A DNA stretch of 64,000 bases from an uncultured Pseudomonadales bacterium (lineage in GTDB: Bacteria > Patescibacteriota > Microgenomatia > UBA1400 > RBG-16-45-19): assembly GCA_964441155.1 (NCBI GenBank), contig CAYYKL010000005.1, positions 4,434 through 68,433 of the forward strand, in the 5' to 3' direction. The position numbers and the translations under genes are program-made. This document shows positions 9,165 through 17,584 of the stretch, one piece after another. Under the pieces are notes generated by a model. That model was not told the DNA's origin. It saw only the letters and a list, made by a program, of their open reading frames with translations, and ran no database searches. The first letter of the stretch is position 1. Every line of letters begins with the position of its first letter.

Positions 9165-9911
9165 CTACTTATTTCCTACTGCTTGATCCTGCGTTTTGCG
9201 TAGCGCTCTTCCATCCGCATACGCTTGGGCAATGCAGGTCATGACGAGCTTTATGGAGCGGATTGCATCGTCGTTGACGGGAATGGGATACGCAATTGGA
9301 TCAGGATCAGCGTTGCTGTCGACCATGCCGACAACAGGAATCCCTTTGCCAAAGGCTTCTTTGACTGCGGTATCTTCGTGGTGGGTGTCAACAATAAACA
9401 ATGCTTCTGGACCGTTTTTTAATCCAGCGAGACCTCCGAAAAAGCGGTTTAAACGGGCCATTTCTTTATCCAAGAGCACGCGCTCTTTTTTGGTGTAGTG
9501 AGCGAATTTGCCACCACTCAAGCCGTCTTGAAGCATTTTTAATCGATTTACTCGTTGAGTAATCTCTTCCCAATTAGTGATAACACCTCCAAGCCAGCGC
9601 TCGGTGATAAACGGTGCACCCAAGTTGATCGCTTCTTCTTTCACAATTGCTTGAGCTTGTCGCTTGGTACCAACCAAGACTATTTCTTTGCCGCTTGCCA
9701 CCCAGTCACGAACAAATTTCATCGCTTTTTCTAAGTGTTTAGCAGTGATGGCCAAATCAAAAATATGCACTCCGTCTCGAGCAGTATAGATGTATTTTTG
9801 CATCTTGGGATTCCATCGACGAATCTGGTGACCAAAATGGCACCCAGCCTCGAGCAAATCGCGCAAATCAACGGAATATTCAGCCGCTTGGGGCTGTGGT
9901 GAAGCACTCAT
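9165..9911 (-). CDS. rpsB: 30S ribosomal protein S2
   Basis: LLEAGCHFGHQIRRWNPKM..YIYTARDGVHIFDL..VLVGTKRQAQ..IVDTHHE; AAGGAG RBS. A putative TTGTTT-16-TATCAT promoter lies about 60-90 nt upstream. Confidence 0.9.
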   Translation of the reverse strand: MSASPQPQAAEYSVDLRDLLEAGCHFGHQIRRWNPKMQKYIYTARDGVHIFDLAITAKHLEKAMKFVRDWVASGKEIVLVGTKRQAQAIVKEEAINLGAPFITERWLGGVITNWEEITQRVNRLKMLQDGLSGGKFAHYTKKERVLLDKEMARLNRFFGGLAGLKNGPEALFIVDTHHEDTAVKEAFGKGIPVVGMVDSNADPDPIAYPIPVNDDAIRSIKLVMTCIAQAYADGRALRKTQDQAVGNK

Positions 9912-10045
9912 ATAATCTCCTTAAACCTCCGCTATAAAGCTCTTGCTAACCGCAGGAGATATGCTTTAAGCGTGTGAATTTTGTAACTTGAGGTATGATA
10001 GCAGAAATCTCAACCGAAACAAGACGCTGGCCACACCATGAATAC

Positions 10046-10118
10046 TGTTCGAGCAAAGCGAGAACTAATCGATTTTTTACTTCTCACTCGATAAATATTC
10101 GAGTTCGAAGAGTATTTG
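10046..10118. repeat. dispersed intergenic imperfect-palindrome repeat, copy B
   Basis: TGTTCGAGcaaagCGAGAACTA..ACTTCTCAC..GTTCGAAGAGTAT aligns at about 75% identity with copy A. Confidence 0.6.
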
Positions 10119-10167
10119 AGCGCTAGAAATATGAGATTATTATTACAAACTCTTGTTTAAATTCCAC

Positions 10168-10392
10168 CTAAAACCTGATAATTAAGTCAAACACCTCCAC
10201 ATCATGAGGACCCAAACCCGCTCGCCGCATATCCAGAACAAATGCTTGTTCTTCTACACGAGCATCAGAATACTCATGTAGTGGGTCGCTTGGATCTAAA
10301 CACTCAATCGGAAGTGCAACCATTCTATTTTCAATTCCCGGATGTTTTCTCGCCAATGCTTCAGACGTTTGATGATCAGATTCTCCTGACAT
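10168..10392 (-). CDS. hypothetical small acidic protein (74 aa), last gene of the HNH/PRTase operon
   Basis: The start overlaps the stop of the upstream PRTase-like gene by 1 nt, suggesting translational coupling. No known motif. Confidence 0.4.
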   Translation of the reverse strand: MSGESDHQTSEALARKHPGIENRMVALPIECLDPSDPLHEYSDARVEEQAFVLDMRRAGLGPHDVEVFDLIIRF

Positions 10393-11156
10393 TATTCACT
10401 CCTTTCAATTATTTTATTCACATCTTCTCCTTCAAATAGCGGCAGAACAAATGCAGTTTCAACTGCCAACTTTGGCACTTCAGCTTCATCATTTACTTCC
10501 CAAATCAGCCGATTTCCTTCGATTTTGACCAGTCTTGCCCGCTTCTCAGCTCCCACCGCAAACCTGGCATGCACAGCAACCTTAATTTTTTTAAGTAATT
10601 CTTCTATAGCTACAAAAGTATTACCCGTGCTCAAAATGTCATCAATCACAACGACAATTGCACCATTTTCAATCTCTTGCCTAATTTCATCTTCTTGCCC
10701 AAGTGACATGGCTAAATATCGAGGATTGTTACGTTTTGCGGTTACAGGGACATACTCTTGCACATGACCATCATATCCGTCCTCACGAACCCTGGGATCG
10801 TCTTCTGATTTATCAAAAACTAACAACCTATGCTCTAAACCCGTGCTCCGACTAAATTCTGATACCGCTTGACGACCCAAATCCCCAAACTTATCAGATC
10901 CTGGTGCAATAAATACAACACGCTTATCCTTTGGCAGTTGTTGAAACATTTCCGAAAAAGCAGCCAATCCCGCTATAAGCGTGGCCGAATCCCGCGGATT
11001 AAATCGAAACATGCGTTTAGGTCCGGGTATTTCCGTTGATTCCATATCAAAGGAATTTCCATACAATTGCTCTCTCCCTGCAAGAATTGGTGAACCATCA
11101 ACTTCTGTTTGAACTAATTGGAGAGAATGATAAGGAGTTTCGATTGATTGTGCCAT
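10392..11156 (-). CDS. phosphoribosyltransferase (type I PRTase) domain protein with an N-terminal extension of about 110 aa
   Basis: GAIVVVIDDILSTGNTFVAIEELL is a canonical PRPP-binding loop. At 254 aa it is longer than the Apt/Hpt/Upp/PyrE-type enzymes found elsewhere in this window. Confidence 0.6.
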   Translation of the reverse strand: MAQSIETPYHSLQLVQTEVDGSPILAGREQLYGNSFDMESTEIPGPKRMFRFNPRDSATLIAGLAAFSEMFQQLPKDKRVVFIAPGSDKFGDLGRQAVSEFSRSTGLEHRLLVFDKSEDDPRVREDGYDGHVQEYVPVTAKRNNPRYLAMSLGQEDEIRQEIENGAIVVVIDDILSTGNTFVAIEELLKKIKVAVHARFAVGAEKRARLVKIEGNRLIWEVNDEAEVPKLAVETAFVLPLFEGEDVNKIIERSE

Positions 11157-11242
11157 TGATTGTGCTTATGCAAAGCTATAGAAATAGTACGATAAAACAA
11201 AGCAAAACACACTATCCAAATCACTGTTTTCCCCCGTCTCCA

Positions 11243-11983
11243 CTACCTAACCTTCACAAGTTCGCGAGATCTTCTGAATAACGCATCAAGCTCATCATGT
11301 GAAATTCCGGGAATTGGATCAGGGCCGGGTTCTGGAGTATTCTCTGCAATTCCAAACAATGATTTAAACTTTCGCTCTAGTAGGAGCGCATCTCGCTCAG
11401 GAACTGTGGGTAATGGCAGTAATCCTTCACCACTTTCAACCTTTTTTTGTTGTTTGCGGTTTAAGGGAAAAGGATGCTCTGGTTCATACCTTGCATTTCG
11501 AGCGTTAATGATTCTTTCTAAGAATTCATCGTAATTAGTATTCCAATAAGGCTCGCCACGCTGGAGCAGCATTTGACGATTCTGGAACATGTCTGTGAAT
11601 GCTTCAGCATTTTTCGGCCGTGCCAAGTTTGCTGCCACCATGTCAGGGTGAATAACCCCAACATGATGCGGTTTACACAAGGTAATGCCATTATTTTTCA
11701 CATCCCAGTCAGCAGGTTCTAATCCTAGATCCAGAGCGAGTCTTTGAGGCACGATTGCGTGATGCACCTGCAATTGATTTCGGCTACCACAGGGTCGATA
11801 TGATTCATCACCCACCACCACGGGAAACTGACATTGATTATCATCACGATCCCTGACCCAACGCCGCTGTCTATCATTGTATGCGGCGGTGGCAAGTTCA
11901 TTTGTTTTATTTTCGATGCTGGGGGCTACTGAACTGAAGCTGGAAGCTACCAAGCCAATTTCTGGAGGCAGCTCGTTCCTCAT
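11243..11983 (-). CDS. HNH endonuclease domain protein
   Basis: CGSRNQLQVHHAIVPQRL...NNGITLCKPHH gives the C..N..HH...N...C.PHH HNH/beta-beta-alpha-Me pattern. It overlaps the upstream small ORF by 4 nt. Confidence 0.65.
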   Translation of the reverse strand: MRNELPPEIGLVASSFSSVAPSIENKTNELATAAYNDRQRRWVRDRDDNQCQFPVVVGDESYRPCGSRNQLQVHHAIVPQRLALDLGLEPADWDVKNNGITLCKPHHVGVIHPDMVAANLARPKNAEAFTDMFQNRQMLLQRGEPYWNTNYDEFLERIINARNARYEPEHPFPLNRKQQKKVESGEGLLPLPTVPERDALLLERKFKSLFGIAENTPEPGPDPIPGISHDELDALFRRSRELVKVR

Positions 11984-12261
11984 CGAATACTACTCCCTAC
12001 ATGAATTCTGCCTCTATATTGCAACCAATCTCCTTCAGCATCACCCAAAGGCGAATCACCAAGTCTCAACTCATTACGAATTACATAGAAAGCTTCTGCT
12101 TCTGGATTCGCATTTGGACGATTACCGGCAATAACTCCGTCTAACGCAGCATCAAAGGCAAGCAAGGCAAAGACATACTCAGGGCGTTGGGAAGCAAAAT
12201 TGAGATATTGCTTGAATTCTTCTTCACTTGCTATCCATGTTGTGTTTAGTTGTTCTGACAT
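11980..12261 (-). CDS. hypothetical protein (93 aa), first gene of the HNH/PRTase operon
   Basis: ORF has a 4-nt overlap with the HNH gene start. No recognisable motif. Confidence 0.4.
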   Translation of the reverse strand: MSEQLNTTWIASEEEFKQYLNFASQRPEYVFALLAFDAALDGVIAGNRPNANPEAEAFYVIRNELRLGDSPLGDAEGDWLQYRGRIHVGSSIR

Positions 12262-12297
12262 GTTTGAGGATTGATTTATTGCATACCCAGTATTAGT

Positions 12298-12313
12298 ATT
12301 GATTCAAATCAAT
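12298..12313. promoter_or_regulatory. perfect 16-bp palindrome ATTGATTCAAATCAAT in the divergent intergenic region (putative operator of the XRE regulator)
   Basis: 7-bp arms ATTGATT/AATCAAT with a 2-bp spacer sit between the operon start (12261) and the regulator gene. A TACAAT -10-like hexamer lies at 12350-12355. Confidence 0.55.
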
Positions 12314-12356
12314 AGATAATTTGATTCATATATACTTTTTCATATTTACTACAATC

Positions 12357-12782
12357 ATGTCAACCATTGATCCAAATCAAACATCTGCCCAGAAGATCGG
12401 AGCCTATATCCGCTATCAACGGACAAAGCGTGACTATTCCATTGATGATCTTGCCAAAAAATGTGATTTAAATCCTTCTTTTATCTTCAGACTGGAAAAA
12501 GGTGCTTACGAAACCATTCGACTCAATGTGATTGAGAAGCTGGCAGCTGGACTTAAAATGTCAATCCAAAGCCTATTGTTTAAATCGCAAATCATCACAA
12601 CGAGCGATCACCTGCCTCGGTTGGAGTATTACCTCAAGGAAAAATACCAATTCTCTCCCGAGGTTATCGAAGAGGTTCGCACGTTTATAAACTTTATGCA
12701 TTTCAAGCATGACGAAGAAATTGCTCAACTCAAGCAACTCCACGAGGCATATTGGAACAGATCTGATTATTTAGAAGAATAA
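12357..12782 (+). CDS. XRE-family helix-turn-helix transcriptional regulator
   Basis: IRYQRTKRDYSIDDLAKKCDLNPSFIFRLEKG is a Cro/C1-type HTH. The ORF track extends to a TTG at 12321 with a hydrophobic, probably spurious, N-terminal extension. Confidence 0.7.
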   Translation: MSTIDPNQTSAQKIGAYIRYQRTKRDYSIDDLAKKCDLNPSFIFRLEKGAYETIRLNVIEKLAAGLKMSIQSLLFKSQIITTSDHLPRLEYYLKEKYQFSPEVIEEVRTFINFMHFKHDEEIAQLKQLHEAYWNRSDYLEE

Positions 12783-12809
12783 GTGTCGATCAATTTAAGA
12801 GAATTCAAT

Positions 12810-13703
12810 TTAGATCAATTGGGTGAGATTTTCAAGTAAGCATGCGACAGTAACCGGTCCTACGCCACTGGGCACAGGCGTGATAAAAGACGTTTTGGGC
12901 GCAACCGTTTCAAAATCCACATCTGCTCCAGGCGCGCCGACATCGATGACGATTGCTCCGGGCTTAACCATTTCGCCAGTGATGAGTTTTGATTTTCCCG
13001 TGGCCGAGATAATAAGGTCACTTGAGTTCAGGGTGCGAGAAAGCAAGTCAGGATCCATCGAAGTGCCCAATAAAGACACGTGTGCAGCCCCTTTGTGTTG
13101 CAACACCGCAGCCAACGGACGACCCACCAGCTCACTTCGACCGACAACACTGACATTTAGTTGAATTAGTTCAGGAATTGGCTGAGGAGCAGCGCTGGTC
13201 AATCTTTGCACGTCAACCTTTAGCGCCTCGGCTAAGATGTGCAGCACTGCTTTGACCGTGGCGGGGAGCAAAACCCAAGTTCCCTCATATACTTTGTTTA
13301 AATTTTTTCGAGTCAAGCAATCGACATCTTTGGCTGGGTCGATGGCTGAAGTCAGCTCCCTCCACCAATCGTCAAATCGCGCGGGGCTTTTGCCGGTTAT
13401 GTGCGCCCAAGAGCGTTTGCCTGGTTTTTGAATCATTACTCCGGTGACGTCTGAGCGCTTACTTGCAGAGCGAATGCTTGCTTGAATGAGCGAAACGGAA
13501 TCAGTGAGTGAGTGATCGATGCGGTCGAACTCAATACCCACCTGCACTGCGGCTTCGTGCTTGAGTCGAGTGTAGATCTGCGACGGTTCGTCTTCAGCAA
13601 AAACAACGCTCACCAAGCGCAATTTTGCATTTTTGTTGCTTTGCGTTAAAATACGCAACAGATGAGTAGCAAAAGCTGCGCCATCAAAAATGGTTGAGTT
13701 CAT
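12810..13703 (-). CDS. folD: bifunctional methylenetetrahydrofolate dehydrogenase/cyclohydrolase
   Basis: VGRSELVGRPLAAVL, DLIISATG, GAIVIDVG and TPVPSGVGPVTVACLL are FolD signatures. Confidence 0.8.
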   Translation of the reverse strand: MNSTIFDGAAFATHLLRILTQSNKNAKLRLVSVVFAEDEPSQIYTRLKHEAAVQVGIEFDRIDHSLTDSVSLIQASIRSASKRSDVTGVMIQKPGKRSWAHITGKSPARFDDWWRELTSAIDPAKDVDCLTRKNLNKVYEGTWVLLPATVKAVLHILAEALKVDVQRLTSAAPQPIPELIQLNVSVVGRSELVGRPLAAVLQHKGAAHVSLLGTSMDPDLLSRTLNSSDLIISATGKSKLITGEMVKPGAIVIDVGAPGADVDFETVAPKTSFITPVPSGVGPVTVACLLENLTQLI

Positions 13704-13731
13704 TATCGAATTATAGCAATGGAGAATTATT

Positions 13732-14019
13732 ATGCCAGGCGAAGTAACTAGGATTCATTTAGTACCAGATCAAGGCAGCCTCGTTAACTTAGCTCAAGCC
13801 GAACAATTAACTTTTCTGGCACGAACGCTTGTCCCAGACTTGGGAATCATCGTAACTCCTTATAACCGCGATCTCGTTCGCGGTGGAGCTGTACTTCTAG
13901 TGGCAGAACCATGGACTGATGCTGCATCGAAACCCCGTACTGGAAGAATTTTCCAAATGGCTGATGCATTAGAGGCTGCACTTCTTGAATCCCTTAACCA
14001 CGAGAGATTAGCTAGATAG
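13732..14019 (+). CDS. hypothetical small protein (95 aa)
   Basis: Only an ORF in an otherwise empty spacer between folD and the HD gene. No motif and no clear RBS. Confidence 0.25.
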   Translation: MPGEVTRIHLVPDQGSLVNLAQAEQLTFLARTLVPDLGIIVTPYNRDLVRGGAVLLVAEPWTDAASKPRTGRIFQMADALEAALLESLNHERLAR

Positions 14020-14108
14020 ATTTGCGAAATAACTACGCAGGAAAATTGTTATAGATTAAGTATACTAATACCTTGATTCTTGCTTCTTACCTCTGACTTC
14101 TAATTTTG

Positions 14109-15299
14109 TTATCCCCTCGCCCACCAGCCCACTAACTTACTTGTAGATTTTTGTTTCTTCTTGCCACCAAATTTTGGCTTGGATTCCGTTTCTTGCCCAT
14201 GATGTTTGAAAACATCAGCTCGGTTGATCCCCCACAAAACCATATCACCGCTACCCACTTTGCCCCGCGTGTCGATGTCTGACAATTGCACTTCAAAACG
14301 CGTGAGATAAGGAAAAAGCAGGAAAATGCTCTGAGCTGCCATATGTAAGCGATCAATGTATAAATCAGAAAACATTTCTTTAAAGGTGTCGCGATAGAGC
14401 ACTCCCCGATTCACAAACAATTTTTGAAACCTCAAAGGTACATGGATGCGCTTATTGCCTTTGGTGAATCGGGAAAACTTATCCTCCAGTTGATCGACGC
14501 TAAAACCCAAATGCCACACAAATTTGGAGGAGCTCATTATCCAGGTTGAGCGGCAAACAAGCGAGTTGAGTAAGATATGCGGATCATCTTCCAGGGCATT
14601 CTTCTCAATGCCGTTCAAAAAACTTCTGCCCCCTACCCTGTCTCGCCCCACATGCATTTTGTCGGCGGCAACCAAAGCCCATTGCAAGGGCATGCCTTGC
14701 GTAAGGTCAGTGCCCAGTGCTTTAATGACCGGTTCTTCGTGAAACAGAATAGAATAGAGTGTTGCGTGCCAAGCGGATGAGTGAATATGCGTGTTTAAAA
14801 ACAAGCGAGTCATGAGCCAGGCTGAATAGGTAGAGTGATTATTGCGATCCATGAAGTTGCCCAAGTCATGCGTCATCCCTACCAAAGTCATTAAGAGTTC
14901 GCTCGTAGTGTCATAGTGCTCTTTCTCTCCGTCATACGAGAATCCTGAGCGCTGCAAGAGCTCGACACCAGTCTGTGCCACCCAAAGCGTATGGCGATCG
15001 GTGTGATCGTTGAACCCATGGGTCAGCTCCATGTCCAGCACCGGTCCGACATAATCCAGCGCTTGCCCTAAGCCTTGATAGAGATACCCAAGTGCCGCAC
15101 CGCGAGAACTTAATTTGAGATAGTGATTGAAGTCGAACACCGGCAGCACTTGAGGAATGCGATGTTTGGTGATGAAAGGAAAATGGTTCTTGTCGTAGGC
15201 TATGCCATATTCATCGAGGAATTGCCAAAAAGGCTTGCCATCGGCTCTGACAAATCGTTTCTTGGCGACAAAAGGAGATTTCCGATCAACGGTTTTCAT
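14109..15299 (-). CDS. HD-domain phosphohydrolase, dGTP triphosphohydrolase (Dgt)-like
   Basis: HTDRHTLWVAQTG (like R.THSLEVAQ) followed by GMTHDLGNF (HD.G) matches the His..HD layout of dNTP triphosphohydrolases; 396 aa. Confidence 0.55.
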   Translation of the reverse strand: MKTVDRKSPFVAKKRFVRADGKPFWQFLDEYGIAYDKNHFPFITKHRIPQVLPVFDFNHYLKLSSRGAALGYLYQGLGQALDYVGPVLDMELTHGFNDHTDRHTLWVAQTGVELLQRSGFSYDGEKEHYDTTSELLMTLVGMTHDLGNFMDRNNHSTYSAWLMTRLFLNTHIHSSAWHATLYSILFHEEPVIKALGTDLTQGMPLQWALVAADKMHVGRDRVGGRSFLNGIEKNALEDDPHILLNSLVCRSTWIMSSSKFVWHLGFSVDQLEDKFSRFTKGNKRIHVPLRFQKLFVNRGVLYRDTFKEMFSDLYIDRLHMAAQSIFLLFPYLTRFEVQLSDIDTRGKVGSGDMVLWGINRADVFKHHGQETESKPKFGGKKKQKSTSKLVGWWARG

Positions 15300-15322
15300 A
15301 ACTGTTGGTAGTTTAGCATGAG

Positions 15323-15946
15323 CTACGTGTTGTAAAAGTTTACGCGTTTTGACAATAACTCATCAAAGACATCAATGGCGCTTTTGTGCCTGAAGTGAGG
15401 AAATCGCCTGCCTTTAACTTCTCTTTCAATATATATATCATTATCGTGTTTGGAAAAAGTTGGTTTTACCATATCAGAATCAAGTGCGCCCAATGTATCC
15501 GCTTCCATAAGTGCAATTTCATCATCATTCACTAATTCCTCCACTCGATCATGCATATACACTAAATGTTTTATTCGCAAGATTTCTTCTGGAGCATATT
15601 GATCGGAAAATTGCTCATTTAGCAATGTCTCAATTTTATTAGCACCCGCCTCCATATGCCTTTCTTTTTTGGTGTGTATATCGGTCATATCAGTCACCCC
15701 ATCTTCAAAAAGTCCGATATATCCCCAATCATGTGCATACGCAGCAGTTACCAATATTTTAAAATTCAAATTCGATTCGTTATCAATAATATATTTTATC
15801 CAGTGAACAACAGCTTGTGTGTGAGGCTTATCAAAATCTGGCCGTCCTTTGTCGAGATCCGGCAAAATTATCCCACTAATTTGTTCTTCCCAGTTTTGAT
15901 TTGATTTATGCATGCGTCCTTTCCCACTGACGTTGAATTTCTTCAA
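15323..15946 (-). CDS. small HD-domain hydrolase (YfbR-like 5'-deoxynucleotidase candidate)
   Basis: HTQAVVHWIKYI ... AAYAHDWGY ... HLVYMHD..EADTLG; 207 aa. Confidence 0.5.
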   Translation of the reverse strand: MKKFNVSGKGRMHKSNQNWEEQISGIILPDLDKGRPDFDKPHTQAVVHWIKYIIDNESNLNFKILVTAAYAHDWGYIGLFEDGVTDMTDIHTKKERHMEAGANKIETLLNEQFSDQYAPEEILRIKHLVYMHDRVEELVNDDEIALMEADTLGALDSDMVKPTFSKHDNDIYIEREVKGRRFPHFRHKSAIDVFDELLSKRVNFYNT

Positions 15947-16946
15947 AAGTTAATGCATGGCTTGGAGTACGCACTTTTTCTTGAAGAATGTTAACAGCCA
16001 ATTCACGAATTCCTGCAGCATTTTCATCACTGTAACCATCAAATGCTGCACCAACAACACACTTAAACGCAAATGGTACATGAATTTCTTTTAATACGTC
16101 AGGCGAATCATAAGCCTCAATGAGTGCGCTAGCTCTTTCAAATGCTTGCTGCTCGCCACCTGCCAACCACCTAAGAATCTGATCACCCACTGCAAATCCC
16201 ACATCGTAGCCTCTCGGACCATACGCAACAGCATTATCAAATAAATGCACTCGACCCTCAGGTGTTACCGAAGTATTATCTCGCCATGCATCTCCATGAA
16301 TTCTTCTCACCTCGAGCGCTTGAATGCCATGCGTTGCAACACCAATCATTAGTTCTTGAATAGTAGTAAGTTGATCTGATAATGATGGCTCTCGATCTCT
16401 CAAATAATCAGCAACTTCATTAAATCTTTCTCTGCCATAAATAGGATGTAATGAGCCATAAATGCTCCAATCCCTTAGTTCAGCTGGAGTTAACTCTACC
16501 CTCCGCTCATGCATCTCACGAAGGTGTGTTCCAAGATTTTCATAGGCAATCAATGCTAACGATTGATCATCTTCATTAATTACTTGTGTCAACAACCTTG
16601 GAGAAGGGTTTACTTCGAGCAACATTGCTATTCCTGTCATCCTATCAGGAACCCCTGCAAGCAATGCATCCTTGAGTAAACTGTTTGGGTCAAATGGGAT
16701 ATTCCTGATTTCGCCTTTATCTGCAGTGAACAATCCCTCCAACGCCTCAACACCTGCCAATTGATATGCCCGCAAATAATCCGGAGTAACCGCTTTTGGA
16801 ACTCTAAGAAACTTATCTCCCTCATTTGTGCCCACAACACAACCACTTGAGCCATATCCCTCAAACACTTCGCTCTTCTGTGATAGTCTTAACCCGTCAA
16901 GCCAGAAATTTAAATCATTACTTGATTCTTTTACGACTCTAAACAT
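15906..16946 (-). CDS. phosphotransferase of the APH/choline-kinase fold
   Basis: IHGDAWRDN (HGD....N catalytic loop) and LFDNAVAYGPRGYDVG (D.. metal-binding) give a protein-kinase-like fold. It overlaps both neighbouring genes. Confidence 0.5.
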   Translation of the reverse strand: MFRVVKESSNDLNFWLDGLRLSQKSEVFEGYGSSGCVVGTNEGDKFLRVPKAVTPDYLRAYQLAGVEALEGLFTADKGEIRNIPFDPNSLLKDALLAGVPDRMTGIAMLLEVNPSPRLLTQVINEDDQSLALIAYENLGTHLREMHERRVELTPAELRDWSIYGSLHPIYGRERFNEVADYLRDREPSLSDQLTTIQELMIGVATHGIQALEVRRIHGDAWRDNTSVTPEGRVHLFDNAVAYGPRGYDVGFAVGDQILRWLAGGEQQAFERASALIEAYDSPDVLKEIHVPFAFKCVVGAAFDGYSDENAAGIRELAVNILQEKVRTPSHALTFEEIQRQWERTHA

Positions 16947-17584
16947 ACTTCAATACAATCAATAATTTTTTCTTTAAGCATTTTCGAATGTTCGTCATTA
17001 TGCACAAAATCACTCACTTCCGCTTCAGAAACTTCAACGATTGACGTGGTTCCTAAGTTAAGTTGCTTTATTAGTTCGTGAATACCTATTTCCAACTGCA
17101 TCAAATAGTCTTGCGTGTAGTATGCCAATTCATAATCCCGCCCACGCTCTTTTAATCGTTTAAGCAGCGTTGGCATTGAATAATTGAGGTGAATCACGGT
17201 CAGTTCGGACAAAAGATTTTTGGTGACTGAGTTGTAGACTTTTTCATAGAGTTCCCATTCGTCTTGAGAGATGTTGCCTACCGCCAAATGACTATAGGTG
17301 TAGACCCAACTCATTAAAAGCCCACTATCAATCACCAATGGTTTGCCTGAGTTCATGGCAATCGCTTGCTCAAGTAGTTCTGCCCTGCGCATTGTGAGCC
17401 AAAGCTCATTGGTCAAAGCCCAGCGCTTGGTATTTTGCAAATAGAGCTCGCGGAAAGGATCTTCGGTTTGAAACAGGGTGTCAGCGTCAAGAAAATCTGC
17501 ACCTAGTGCTTCGACAATCAATGGCGCGGCACTAGTCTTGCCCGACGCCACATTGCCGATGATAGTGATGATGTTAGAACGCAT
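16931..17584 (-). CDS. deoxynucleoside kinase family protein
   Basis: IITIIGNVASGKTS P-loop at the N-terminus; size and layout resemble dNK/dGK/dCK. The start is taken at MRSN (the ORF track extends to 17620). Confidence 0.55.
   Translation of the reverse strand: MRSNIITIIGNVASGKTSAAPLIVEALGADFLDADTLFQTEDPFRELYLQNTKRWALTNELWLTMRRAELLEQAIAMNSGKPLVIDSGLLMSWVYTYSHLAVGNISQDEWELYEKVYNSVTKNLLSELTVIHLNYSMPTLLKRLKERGRDYELAYYTQDYLMQLEIGIHELIKQLNLGTTSIVEVSEAEVSDFVHNDEHSKMLKEKIIDCIEVCLES

Noticed and set aside
10392-11156. PRTase-like protein as the housekeeping PyrE, Upp or Hpt
   Set aside because: Bona fide pyrE, upp and hpt are separately present at 22273-22920, 21647-22276 and 19217-19795. This protein has an extra N-terminal region of about 110 aa and a different genomic context.
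12321-12356. TTG-initiated N-terminal extension of the XRE regulator (MIHIYFFIFTTI)
   Set aside because: The hydrophobic extension is not part of HTH proteins, and ATG at 12357 starts exactly at the conserved domain, so the shorter start is preferred.
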